This document shows, one piece after another, positions 22,801 through 35,865 of a stretch of 64,000 nt of DNA (the first letter of the stretch is position 1; each line of letters opens with the position of its first letter). A program made the translations under genes and the position numbers. The notes beneath the pieces were generated by a model. The model worked only from the letters and a program-made list of their open reading frames with translations, was not told where the DNA came from and searched no databases. The stretch is from Geosiphon pyriformis uo1 (taxonomy: Eukaryota; Fungi; Glomeromycota), in contig JAAOMT010000128.1 of assembly GCA_016748015.1 (NCBI GenBank), positions 317,538 through 381,537 of the forward strand. Reading direction: 5' to 3'.

Positions 22801-25800
22801 TGTTGTTCCACATCCCTTCATCTAGCAGGGTCTCCCCACAAGCGAAACAAGGTTGGTTATCCCATTTTCCTTGCCTTTTTGGTCGTCCAAAGCGTTCGAA
22901 TAAATATGGACGACAGTAAAATTTTGTTGCGGTGTGGTATTCTTCATTGTCGCCACAGCATGTGCCCATTGACGACAATTTCTTACCACAATCGCCACAT
23001 ATAAACTTAGGTCAACGATAGGTAGATTGTTGTGGTATAGTGTGGGTGTTATAAGCGGTGGTGGTTTGGGTGGTCTCTTTTTCTTTTTCTTTTTCTTTAT
23101 TTTCTTTGTCTTTTTCCTATTCCCAGCTTGACGTTGGTTTGCTTTCGTTGTTGTCGGTCCATGTCAGATCATCGGTTTCCCAGGTAAGTTCTTCCTTTTG
23201 TTTCCCTTTTTCCTTGTTGTTGTCATCCCAGGAGAGTATTGGCGGCAGCTCGTTGTGCTCTTCATCAGCCCACGATACTTGGTAGGCTTCCCAGATAAGC
23301 TTTTCTTTCTCCTTCTCCAGTTTGATCAATAGTTTCTCTCTTGGAGACATTTTGAAGTGGCCACATGTGGCCAAAACACATATGTGTTGGTCCTGATACA
23401 TTAGCTGGAGTTCCTGGGTGTTCCAGTCTAATGTTGCATTGACTTTGGATAGCCAGTCATTACCAACGAGAGCTTAGTATTGAGTGGCTTCTATTACTAG
23501 AACTTTAATGGGAGTCACGATGCCATTGACTTCCAAAGGAAACTCGTCGATTTCACTAATTGGAGTTTTGGTTGCTCCATTGGCTGTGATGATTCTGGTG
23601 CTGGCAGTTCAATTAACTTGGCGATCTAATTGATCCATAAGTTGTCATGTAATTATACTGCCAGCTGATCCACTATCTAGGATGAGTTTGATGGGGTAAC
23701 CATCAACTCTGGCATCCGTGTACATTGCTGTTATGGGTTTCTCTTTGAGAGCGGCTCCACTGAATAATGGTATTGGTGTGTTTTCTTCAAGTTCGAAAGG
23801 AAAAATGGCTGCTAGGAATTTGTTGCTAGAGATGGTTGCCGGTGGAATTGTGTTGGTAGGTACGTGCTGATTGAATTCTGTGTTGTTGGATGTGGCATTT
23901 TCTGGGGTAACTAGGAGACTTAAATAATATTGGGAATTTGGGTTTTGGACATGACTGGTATCTAGATTCTGGGTGCGTGGTCTTAATAGTGGGTCTAACA
24001 AACGGGGAATCGGTTGGTGAACAACCATCGCCGATTTCCAGTTTTGAGTGACTTTGGATCGGGGGTTGCCTGATGTCATTTGAGCTGGGTTCTGGGGCAG
24101 TGTTTGAATTGGTTGGGGTTGATAGATGATTTGTGGCTGTGGTTAATATATTACTTGTGGCTGCGGCTGATAAATCGGAGGTTGATATACTGACAGTTGA
24201 TAGATTGGTTGCTGCATCATTGGCAGGTAATTATTCTAATATTGGTCTTGACTTTGATTTGGATAATGATTCGGAGTTTGAAACTGGCAATTGGGGTTTC
24301 GATATTGATTTCCCAATTATTGGTTATTTAAACGCTGGTGACAGTCAATTTGGATATGTCCTTGATTACCACAATAGTGGCAAATACACGTTTCCTGTTG
24401 CCACTGTTGATTGGTTAATGAAGATGGACGCGGTTGATTTTGGCCATAATTAGGATGTCCTTGATTATTGCGTTGTTGTGAAGACTGATAAATGGTGTGA
24501 TTGTCAGCTAAGTATTCTTCCAATCTCTTATTAATTGATTCACTGAACTTCTCCAATTTGGAATCCAATTCAGATAATCCATTCATTACTAGATTAATGG
24601 CTTGGGCATGGTTAGCCTCTGACTCAGCGGATTCAAAATCTCTGGCGCATGTGACTGCATCTTGAAGCGTGCCAGGATGCAATGGACGTATATGTTGCAA
24701 GATGCTGCTGCATAGGCCACGGATAAACTGGTTGAGTATCTGTGGTGCTGTGAAATAGTCGTCGTTAATTGCTTGAATTTGGTGCAAGTTTCAATGGAAG
24801 TGTCCCAGGTAAGTGGTGACTGCTTCAGTTTTTTCTTGTTTCATGGTGGTGAATGTATTGACTAAGCGATTGATACTATTGTTGTTGCTGAAGTATCTTA
24901 GGAATTCCACTTTGAAGGCATTGAAATCTTGTGGTTTATTAACCAAACTCTAATACCATGAATTGGTGGTATCCTTGAAAAAGTAGGGAATGGCTTGTAT
25001 TGCTTAAGTATTATTCTATCTGTTGGCTGCGATGGCCTTTTCTACATCATTCAGCCATATTTGAGCGTCATCCTCTTCACCAGTAAAGTTGTCAAGTTTT
25101 GTGATTGGTGTATAGGCCATTGGATCTAAGTTAGGTAGTTGTGGTGGCTGTTGAAGTGGTTGTTGTTGTTCTGGCTGTTGGGATGGTAGCTGAAGTGGCT
25201 GCTGTATGGGTTTGGCTATGGGATTAATTGGTGGTTGATCAATGACGATTACTGGAGATAAGTTTTGCTGATTAATTAATTCGGGTTTTTGATTTCTTTG
25301 ATTTGGTGGTGTTTGAATATTCGGAGTTTTGATTTCCAGATTTTCTAACTGTTGCTGAGTTTAAAGGTTCAGAGTTTCAATTTCTGGGTTTTCAGAGATC
25401 GGGTGTAGGTAAGTGAATTCTTGATCCTCTGATTCTTCTTCCTCCTTTTCTGATTCTGCTGCTTTTCATGGATCAGAAATTCCAAAATCTGGTGGAGGTG
25501 GTGGTAATCGAAGTCCTGATGGGGTTGATGATCGCAAATTAAATCCCTCAAAGTATTTGCCATATGGTCTTAACAATTCTGTTTTCTTTTGTCTACTTTG
25601 GAATGAGAATCATCCAAATACTGATGTTACAGTTGATGAAAACGCATCAGTTGATGATATGTTGATGGCACTTCCAGGTGTATAGTGGTAGGATAGGTTG
25701 CTTGGGAATTCAACTCTGTTTTTCTTCTAAGCAGGTGGCTGTATTTTTCGGGGTGTTACTGCTAGTGTTTGTAATTTTCTCTTGTCTTTACTAGCGTATG

Positions 25801-26104
25801 TAATTGGATATCTTTGTTGAGTGTAGTGTTCAATTTCTTTGTTGATCTCAGTGATGATGGATGCAAAATTATGGTTTGTTAGTAGGTTGGTGTTTTGAAT
25901 TAATTCTTTATATAAAGTTTCTCTTGCTAATTCAGTATTCATTGGTGTTCCTAATAAAGAGGAAATCTTTTCGTTAACGTAGAAATTAAAGGCTGATTCG
26001 GTGGATATATGATTGTGGTTTAATCCCAAGTATTGACAATAGTGTTGAAATAAGGATTTTGCAAATTTTAAATGGTTTGCTCCTATGTTTTCTGATTCTG
26101 CCAC
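19896..26104 (-). pseudogene. gag-pol: C ORF1 polyprotein (gag, PR, Cys-rich, dUTPase, RT, RH)
   Basis: CHYCGNQGHIQIDC, LDSGSAGS, CQHCLIPCDVQYCNKC, KIAQAIF/RGIQGFGSTG, YLDD, TDAS. Confidence 0.92.
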
Positions 26105-26146
26105 TTTTGGTTTGGTGTTGTCAGTGCTGGTTTTCTGTAGGATTAT

Positions 26147-26164
26147 ACCTCACAGAGAGCACCA
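26147..26164 (-). promoter_or_regulatory. PBS of C (TGGTGCTCTCTGTGAGGT)
   Basis: 18-nt motif beginning TGG, 2 nt from the 5' LTR. Confidence 0.85.
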
Positions 26165-26166
26165 AA

Positions 26167-27049
26167 TGTTACAGGTGATTATTTCTGCTGTTGAATTAAA
26201 TAACAAACCCGTAACTTGGTGCTCAAAAGCTACTTCCATTGAAGCTGTTCTGCAGGTATTGTATCTGAAGATTTTGATGGATCTGAAGGTTTTGGTTGAG
26301 TTTTTTGTATAATGGACAGAGATTCAATAGTGTCAATAGTAGAGATATTTTCCAAGAGTTTTCCCAATTTCTTTTTCAGCATAGTGGCCAGATTTAGTTT
26401 GGCAGTCGTGCCCTTCTGGTAAGCTATCCAATAATATATAAAAATTCTATCTGTATTTCTGGGTCTTTTACCAGGCTATCTTTGACGTCAATAATTCAGT
26501 GCTTAATCGTTTATTAATTAGTATATAACAACAAATCAAAATAAAATAAAAAAAAATAAATAAAAAAAAATAAAGAAAGCAAAGAAATAAGCCAAGACAA
26601 TTTGCAGATTAGTATCCTGTCAATAGCCATGATCAAGAGCTATTGTTCTAGCATGGTCAAGTATCAATTACTATCAACATGAAGGGTTGATAGTGAGAAG
26701 TGGATGGAGATATAAAATAATTATTTATTGAATGATTGCGTTTCTAGGCTAAGGATTCTGTGGTATCGATTCTGTCTTTTTTGTTTCTAACACTACTGCT
26801 ATATATACATAATTGGGATTCCTCAATTCCTCAATTCTTTACGATAAGAATTCTGGAATTCCTGGAATCCTGTGATTCCTTTGAGAGGAATCCTGAAATT
26901 CTGGAATCCTGCAATTCCTTATTGGGAATTCTGAAATTCCTGGAATCTTGCAATTCCTGAGAGGAATCCTAGAATTTCACATTTACTATGCTTACTTCTG
27001 ATTGGCTAATAATTATGCTAATATATTTTCTATATTTCTATAAGTAACA
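26167..27049 (-). repeat. Element C 5' LTR
   Basis: TG...CA ends. CCAAT (about 27001-27005) and TATATATA (about 26800) on the minus strand. Confidence 0.96.
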
Positions 27050-30000
27050 ACATAGCACAACGATTCCCTCAAGTACAACAACCAGTGGAATCCGACCCTG
27101 AGGAATATGAAAACAAATCTAACAACCCTGTAACTACCCAAGCCAAGTCCACAGTCAACAAGAAACCAAGGGTTCTCTCCCCAACAACTCCATCATATCA
27201 TCAGACACCCCAAAGTAGAATTGTATTCAACTTACCCCTGAAAACCCAGTTGGAAATACCATGAACTCCTGGAAATTCACACCCTTGGAATCAACACAGT
27301 TGGACCAAATCATTAGGAGAATATGGATCGCTGTTTGGAAATCTTACCCCAGCAGCCAGTCAAACAGAAGAAAACCCATCAACTTGGGAACAGCCACCAG
27401 CACAAAACCTAGCAGAATCAGCATCTCTCCTGACGGAAAAAACAGCTATCTTACAACCTATTGGTTCAAGTGACAAAGGAAAGCAACCAGCATTAGCACC
27501 CAGAGAACACTCGAATATGGACACCAATCTCTTTAAACATAACCAGTAACACTCCACCCATTAACCAGATCATGACTTACTGGGATATTGCTAAATTGGA
27601 AAAATTCTCTGGTAAAGAAGATAACACATATTCTTGGATTGCGGATGCCGAAAAAGCAATTACCACTAATGGTTGGAATGATAACTGCACAGTTCAGACA
27701 CTGCTGTTCTTTCTAACTGGAACTGTTGATTCGTAGTACCAAAGCCTGGCAGAGAAGCCTATCTTCTTTACCGAGTTTAAACTGGCATTTCTACAATACT
27801 TCTGTGACCCCAATACGTTAATCTGATTGCAGAATCAATTCAGCATAATTAAACAAAAAGATCATAAAGCAGTAACTACTTATCTCAAACAATTCAATCA
27901 AATCCTGCGTCAAATATTAGCTATCGAAAAGGACTACTACACCACGGTGCAAGTTGTTAATCAATTTATTAAAGGATTGCAGAGTAGTATTCTAAGATCC
28001 ATAAGACCTCATCATCTGACCAGTTTACAAGACGCCATCACTTTCGCTCGCGATTTTGAGTCTGCAGAACAAAAAGCAAACCATACCCAAGCCATTAATT
28101 TAGCCATTAACAGAACCTCTGACATCGATGTAAAGATAATCCAATTGAGTGAGAAACTAACTCAGAAAATTGAGAGATTCTTAGCCGGAACTACAGGAAC
28201 TTACCAACCACTCCAATAGAGAGAAAATAACAACAACAGCAGATACCCACAGCAACAAAACCATTAGCAACAGCAACAACCTTAGAAATCTGATCCCCAC
28301 AACTGCTACTACTGCCAGAAACCTAGACACATCGCCCATGACTGCAAAAGGAAGATCATAGACCAAAATCAAGGAAACCCATACCAGCAATCCAGATATC
28401 AGCAAAACATGGTACCCCAATATTCTATACCTCAGAATTAACTGCCCCTATATGCACAACAAATCCCGTACACTTAACCACTGCCCCAGAATTATTATCA
28501 ACCACCACCAATGACACAAGCAATCTCTCACTATTAAACTTCCCCTTACAGCCCATCCAGACCTCGAACTATAGACTATAATCAGGGATAGAGGAATCTC
28601 AACAACAATCAGGTACAAACCAACAGTGGACTATCTCAATCAATCCCTCGCGGTCCTGCCCAATCTCAACTAACACCAACTGGATACTCGAATCAAGCTT
28701 CCTATCTCGGTCTTATGGAAGACCAGGGTTTTGATAAATCTACACCTGTAGAAGAAGGGATATAGAATGAATCTCCCAACCTTCTAAGCAAACAAAAAGC
28801 AATATCCCACCAGTCACTATTACCGAAGACACCACCCTAGCTGCCATATTTTTTTTTGACATTGATAATTTGAACACACATAGCCTTTTTAGTAAAGCAG
28901 CCATCAATCAGGATAAACCAATAACGGCCCTATACACCAATGCCAGAGTCGGAGGAATAGACATTAAATTAATCCTGAATAGCAGATCAGCCAGTAGCAT
29001 AATCACGAAGCAGCTCATGGACCAACTAGGTCACTAAGTAGACTGTGCTGCTACCACCCAGATCATTACAGTAGATGGGAACACAAAAACCCTGATAGGA
29101 GAAATTGACAACTTCTCCTTCGAGATTAATGGAATCCAAATCCCTACCAAAGTACTTGTCATGGAAGCTACTCAATATCAAGCTCTAGTAAGAAACAACT
29201 GGTTGTCAAAAGCCAATGCTACTCTCAACTGGAACACCCAAGAACTTCAACTCACGTTCAATGGACAGCATGCCCGAGTTCCAGCTATGTGTAGACACTT
29301 TAAAAACCAACGTACCGAGGAACCCCTTATTGAATTCGAAGACATATCAATGCCACCAACCATCGAGATCTATTAGATTTCATGGGTGGATGATTATCAA
29401 ACTGAACTACCCCCACCACCAATCTGGGAAGAAAAAAGAAAAGGCAGAGCTGAAGAAGAACCCTAATTGTCATTACTAGAATACGTAACCTTGGACCAAA
29501 GAAACTTATTTTACCAACTCCTAAGACTAATATGTGTTGATTGTGGGAAAAAACTATCTACTATGAGTGCATGTATTAGGGACAACAAAGAATGGTCCAC
29601 TGCCACCAAATATTATTGCAGGCCTTGTTTACTGGAAAAATTTGGATGACCAAAATGACAAGGCAAGTGGGACCACATGCCGTGCCTCACATGTGGCAAA
29701 ATCCTGCCAAATGAAGGACTCTGGAATGATGTGTCTGGCAGAGAAGAAACATACGATGAGACTTGTCAATACACCATATTAATCAATGATTGGGTATGAA
29801 AGGAAACCCCCATCGAAGACGCTTGGAAATAAGCACTCAACAGGCTAGACGGTTATCCACACAATGACCACAAAATCTGGAGAATGGCAAACACCAAGGC
29901 TGAAGGCACCACAACCAAAGAAATACGAAAAATTAAGGACAACTCTTGGATGCTTAAATATACTAGACCCGACTACCCCGAGGATGATTTCTTTACAGAT

Positions 30001-32566
30001 GACCCAGACACATTTCAGAACCAATATCAGGAATTGGCCCTGACCTGCGAGAAACAGGAGCAAAGATTGGCTGATTTGAATACCAAACTATGCAATTACT
30101 GTTTGATCCCCTGTCACTTCCAGTACTGTGATGAATGTGATCTCATGTTCAATCCACTTCCAAGAATACTGTTTCCAATCACCGAACTACCTGAACCCAA
30201 AGAAGAAGTATTGATTACCAAAGACATGTTATTTCAAGATCCAACTGAGAATACTGAAACAGAACAGTATCTCGCGTATCCCGATCTCTCCAAAGAACTA
30301 GAGCTAAAATGGTACAGTAACAACGAGGAAGGAATCTGCCCCAAAAGAGCACATGACACCAATGCTGGTTTCGACCTATGATACTCCAGACAATTACCCA
30401 TCATTATAGCCCCACATTCCCTCATAAAAATAGATCTTAAGATAGTGTTAGAAATTCCTGTTAGTACAATGGTACAAGTTGCCTCTTAATCTAGTCTAGC
30501 CAAGAAAAGAATCGACATAAAAGGAGGAATCATCGATGCCAGTTACACAGGAAACATCATCGTAATGCTACAGAACAATTTGGACAGACCCTACAAAATA
30601 GAATCACAAGAAAAGATTGTCCAAGCTATCTTCCTACCCCTAGTCAAAATACCCCAATTAACCCCAGTAACAACCTGAGAAGAGTTAAGTCTTACTGCCC
30701 GAGGAATCAACGGGTTTGGATCAAGTGAAAGAGAAAACGTACCAGTTAATTTCATGGAGGAAGACAGTGATCAGGTAGAATTTATCCATGCTGACACCAT
30801 TATCTCCATTCCCCCATACTGACAATACATCCTCAAGGTAAATTGAAAAATCCAAGATCAAGCCTTATTATTCGAAGCCAGTCCCGAAATCTGTTCCCTA
30901 GCCAATGTTGCTAATCTATACCTACCAGCCAAAGTCCATAAACATTTCAAAATCCCCATCCACAACTCGACAGAAGATGTTATTGAAATCTCCGAAGAGA
31001 CCCTCGTCAGTTCCATATCCGCAGATAATCAGAATTCTGAAAAACTCCAGTCCATTCCAGATTTCACACAATTATTCTTATTCTGTGACATTACCTCACA
31101 AGTATAGAATTTGCCAAAAGAAAGTTACTTGTTCACACCAGAAGAGATCAATAAATTGAATTTAGGAAATTTAAGTACCCTGCAACAAATACAATTCAAA
31201 GTCTTTCTGAATCAGTATGCCAATGTCTTTGCCAGTGAAAATGAGTTCAGACACACTAACATTATGAAGCATCAGATTGATACAGGAGACGCTCGACCAA
31301 TTAAGCAATGAGCTTACCATGTACTCCCATCTGGCGATAACCTAATTAAGCAAGAAGTGCAATGGATGTTTGATAATGGCTTAATCAAAGAATTGTTAAG
31401 CCCTTGGTCCTCACCAGTAGTCTTGGTCACCAAAAAAAACGGAAAAGTGCAATTCTGCATAGATTATTGAAAACTAAATAGCGTTATGCAAGGAGATAGT
31501 TATCCCACTCCCTTCATCCAGGAAATTCTGGACAATCTAGGGAAAAAGAAATGGTTCTCATTATTAGATTTAGCAAGTGGTTACTGGCAAGTTGAAATAG
31601 ACCTCAAAGACAAAGAAAAAACAGCATTTATCACTCGAGACAGAAACTTCAAGTTTAACGTAATGTCTTTTGGACTTTGTAATGCTTCTGTCACGTTTCA
31701 ATGCCTGATGGATGTAGTATACAAAGAAATTCTTTGGAAATCAGTAGTAGTCTACCTAGATGACACAAATGTGTTCTCCAAAACATTCGAAGACTATCTG
31801 CTCCATCTGCAACAAGTTTTCGAATGTCTTTGTAGTACTGGATTGAAACTCAATCTCAAGAAGTGCTTCTTTGGAAAAACCGAGTTAAAATTTCTAGGAC
31901 ATGTAATCGGCAAAGACGGAGTTAAATCTGATCCAGATAAAGTACAAAAAGTCAAGGATTTTCCAGCCCCAATCAACCTCAGAGAATTACGAGGATTTCT
32001 AGGATTAGCAGGATATTATTGTCAATTTGTCAAAGATTTCTTGAACATCGCAAAACCACTCCATCAATTGTTGTCCAAATACATACTATACTTGTGGAAA
32101 GAAGATCAACAAAGAGCATTTGACTATCTCAAGCAGTGATTGATCATATCCCCAATTCTGATTTACCCAGATTTCACTAAACAGTTCATTGTCGCTATGG
32201 ATGCCTCGAAAAATGCTCTAAGAGCAGTCTTATCACAGATAGGACTGGACAATAGAGAACACCCAGTTGCCTATGCTAGTCACAGCACTAGCCCAGCAGA
32301 AAAGAATTACAGCACAACAGATCTGGAATGTCTCGCCATTTATTGGGCCATACAGACTTGGAAACATTATCTCAGTCAACTATTTGACCTATATACCAAC
32401 CACAAAGAACTTATTTGGTTACTTAACAATCCACAACTAGAAGGAAAATATGCAAGATGGAGTACTTATCTGCAACAATTCCCACTCAAAGTCCATTACA
32501 AGGAAGGATCCAAAAACACCAATGCCAACAGTTTGTCAAGAATGTCACAAACCTAATTCCAGACCC

Positions 32567-33934
32567 ATGGACACACTTACTTATCAACGACTACATCAGT
32601 ACCTATCGACACTACATTTCAAGGAGATATTATCTCAACAAAAACAGAGTACCATATGAAAACAAGCCCGAAATTATTTTATTCAAGACAACCAACTATA
32701 TTAACGAGAACGCCGAAACCACCCCAACCCACAACAACTAATCACGGACAGTGAAAGAAAAACTATACTATATAGTGTGCACTCAGATCCGACTGCAGAA
32801 CACTTTAACAAAGACACTACTCTCGAAAGAACACTAAACTTATACTATTGGCCAACGATGCACAAAGACATTTTCAAATACATGCTCAATTGTGATGCAT
32901 GCCAGTAAAGAGGAGGAGCAAGATCAACAGAACCACTTTGACCCATTCCAGTTGGAAATCCATTTGATAGAATTGGGATCAATTTGGTTGGACCTCTTTC
33001 AATTACATCCCAAGAAAATTACTATATTGCTGTAGCTGTAGACTATCTTACAAAATGGCCAAAAGCCAGAGCAATCCAAGTGGCTGACGCCAAAACAGTC
33101 GCCAAATTTGTGCATCAAGACCTAATTTGCCGACATGGATGTCTGAAAGAATTATTATCTGATCAGGAAACATATTTCATTAATAATACACTGACAAAAC
33201 TAAGCCAATGGTTTGGAATAAAGAGACTCTTATCATCACCATACCACCCACAAATGAATGGACTGGTAGAACGATTTAACAGAACACTGTGCAAAGCACT
33301 AGCAAAAATAAGTCATGAAAACAGACAAGAATGGAACTTATTCATACCTTCTGTACTCTTTGCATACCGAACATTGAAACAAAATACGACTCAGTTCACA
33401 CCATTCAAACTAGTCTATAGAAGAAAAGCTATGTTACCAATTGAACAAGTGATACCATCATACCCAACAGAAACAATCAATGAAAAGAATTTTGAGGCTA
33501 CCTTATACCAAAGAACGTACTAGCTAATGGAAATGTTGGAAAACAATCGAAAAACAGCAGCTGGCAATATTAGTCACGCTCAAGAACGACAAAAAGAAAG
33601 ACATGATAAACACCTATCAGAACAACCAATGGAATTCAAAATTGGAGACCAAGTACTGTTACATTGTACAAAAACTAAGAAACAGTGGAGTGAAAAGTTC
33701 GACCGAAAGTGGGACAGTCCATTCCACATACACGAAGTGTTAGGAAATGGAGCTTACAAATTACGATTGGAAGACAGGATTTTAAAGAAAGTAGTGCATA
33801 GAAATTGGTTAAAAATTTATCATGTAAAACAGGAATCATCATCATCAGTACCTCAACTAGGAACACAAATTTCATTAATTAGACCAGAAGATATACCACA
33901 AGATCTGGAACCAATCATTGTCATCAAAACATAG
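32567..33934 (+). pseudogene. int: B integrase, separate ORF 10 nt after the RNase H stop (+1 frame)
   Basis: MDTLTYQRLHQYL..., H-x6-H...CDAC, YHPQMNGLVERFN, KWDSPF, QDLEPII. Confidence 0.92.
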
Positions 33935-34014
33935 ACAATGGGCAGCAAATTAAATTGGGAAATTCAAATATATATAGCATCCGAAAAGCAGCAAGAAATA
34001 ATAGAAATTTTAAC

Positions 34015-34751
34015 ATGGATCTTTCAGATCAAATTTTAAAATTATCTAAACAATTATTTAAAACAATTCAAAAATTGACATCTCAAATAGAAATAACAAT
34101 TGATAAAAAAGAGATACAGTACAAAGATAAGAGCAGGAGAGGGAAGGATGAGAGTTCAATTAGAACTAAACATTCCTTCCCCTACCCATCACCCAAAAGG
34201 CAATGTGGGAGAAAAAATTGCCTTTGGCGGAGGGGGGGGAAAAAGAAGGAGGCAAAGAACGAGAAAAAGGTTACAAAAGAAGATACTTGGTCCCCGAGCT
34301 TGAAGAAATAAAAAAAGCTTTAGCTCGTGGGACCAAACTCCCTGAAACAAGGGAGTGGACACCTGACAATGCCCAGGAATGGAAAGAAAGACTTCCTCCA
34401 GCTTATTGGTTCTACAAAATTGGAGAACAGCTTGACTTGAAAACACTATATGAAGACTTCAGCCAGAAAATGTTCAACAAAGAAGCAATACAACAAGTAG
34501 AAAAATTCATAGAAAAAAACAACCTGACCCTACATTACAAAGCAGCATACTGACTATACGCTGCCTTCTAACATTGCCCAAACGTACTACTGAATGGATC
34601 TATGAAAACCATAATGGTTAACAGCATAGGACGAATAACCAATCAACAGTTTGAAGACCTACAAAAGGCAATACTAAAGGCAACAATCGAACATTACACA
34701 AACGAAGCCACGATAACAAATACATATGGTTTCGCAGAAGCTCAATTTTAA
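34015..34751 (+). pseudogene. B ORF3 (frameshifted, probably near the G-run at about 34232)
   Basis: MDLSDQILKLSKQL...YWFYKIGEQL...FNKEAIQQVEKFIEKNNL...QFEDLQ...GFAEAQF*. Confidence 0.85.
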
Positions 34752-34765
34752 AAAGAGAGGGATAA

Positions 34766-35861
34766 TGTTACCCAAGTAAAAAAACTGATCCAAAGTTATG
34801 AAGAAATGTAACCAAAACATGACATAACACAGAATAACGCGCAATAACATTGGATAATACATTATAATGTTGGATAACATGTTATAACGCAGAATAACAC
34901 AGAATAGCACGCAATAACATAGGATAACGTGTTATAATGCAGGATAACACAGAATAATATGTAATAACATCAGATAACGTGTTATAACATAGGATAACTA
35001 GTGATAACGTAGAAAAACGAAGCAATAACAGAAACAACAAAGCAATAGCTAGTAATAGCGAAACAATTGAAAGCAATTCTGTAAAACCAAAAGAATGTAT
35101 AAAAGCAAGTAGTTATAGAAGTGAGAAAAGACAGAGGGAGAAGAAAAAATAGATACAAACCTCTAGACCAGAAATTAAAATATTCATACCCCTTCATCTT
35201 TTATTATCTTCCCTATTTCATCTCCTAAAATAAACCAATTATTAAATGAAATTAGAATCATGAATTCATGTTCTCGAACTTTGTGAAATTTACGTGAATT
35301 AACCCTTGTTTCGTATCTCCGTTCTAGAACAGATGCTCTTAGCATAACTGCCTTGAACCTATTAATAATTTGAACCAATTGCTCTTGATCACGGCAATTG
35401 ATGATACTAATTTATCTTTTCTCTCTTTTCTTTTCTTTTCTTTTCTTTTTCTTTCTTTTTCTGTCTTATTTTTTGTGAAGCGGCAACATAGTAAAATCGA
35501 CTGTCTGGAAATAGACTTCGTGATAGCCTGGTAAAAGAGGGAAGCTTCCCCTAAGTTTTGGATATTAACATTATCTTGTTAGCTTACCAAAAGGGTGAAA
35601 AGACAATGCCAGACCCTAATGACTGCATTCATTAGTTTGGAGAAGAAAGCTCACATTTATGAAAAAATGTTGCAATCGACAAAAGACAAACTCTGTGCCT
35701 TATAACCAAAGAATTCAATGGGTAAAATTTACATCCAGAAATAGACCTTTAGAGACTAATAATCAAGACTAAGCCAACAGAATTACATGGAAGATGCATC
35801 ATCAATAATTGAGAGCACCAAACATTACCATTTCCCATATCTACCAAGTTTATCCGTAACA
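34766..35861 (+). repeat. Element B 3' LTR
   Basis: Direct repeat of 15429-16523, followed by TSD GTGG. Confidence 0.96.
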
Positions 35862-35865
35862 GTGG

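Larger units (their letters stand above)
16870..27049 (-). mobile_element. Element C: full-length dUTPase-bearing Gypsy element nested in the gag region of B
   Basis: LTRs 26167-27049 and 16870-17752 (883 bp each). Flanks ATGT / ACAT fit a decayed ACGT TSD. PBS 26147-26164; PPT 17753-17767. Confidence 0.96.
16586..32556 (+). pseudogene. gag-pol: B ORF1 polyprotein (16586-16869 plus 27054-32556), same domain order as A
   Basis: N-domain rejoins across C (DIKYY|VAQRFPQ, using ancestral ACGT). Capsid, CYYCQKPRHIAHDC, LNSRS protease remnant, Cys-rich region, AGFDL dUTPase at about 30340-30730, YLDD, RNase H ending LSRMSQT*. Confidence 0.9.
15429..35861 (+). mobile_element. Element B: full-length dUTPase-bearing Gypsy element inserted in the LINE and interrupted by element C
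   Basis: LTRs 15429-16523 and 34766-35861; TSD GTGG (15425-15428 / 35862-35865); PBS; PPT AAAAAGAGAGGGATAA at 34750-34765. Confidence 0.96.
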
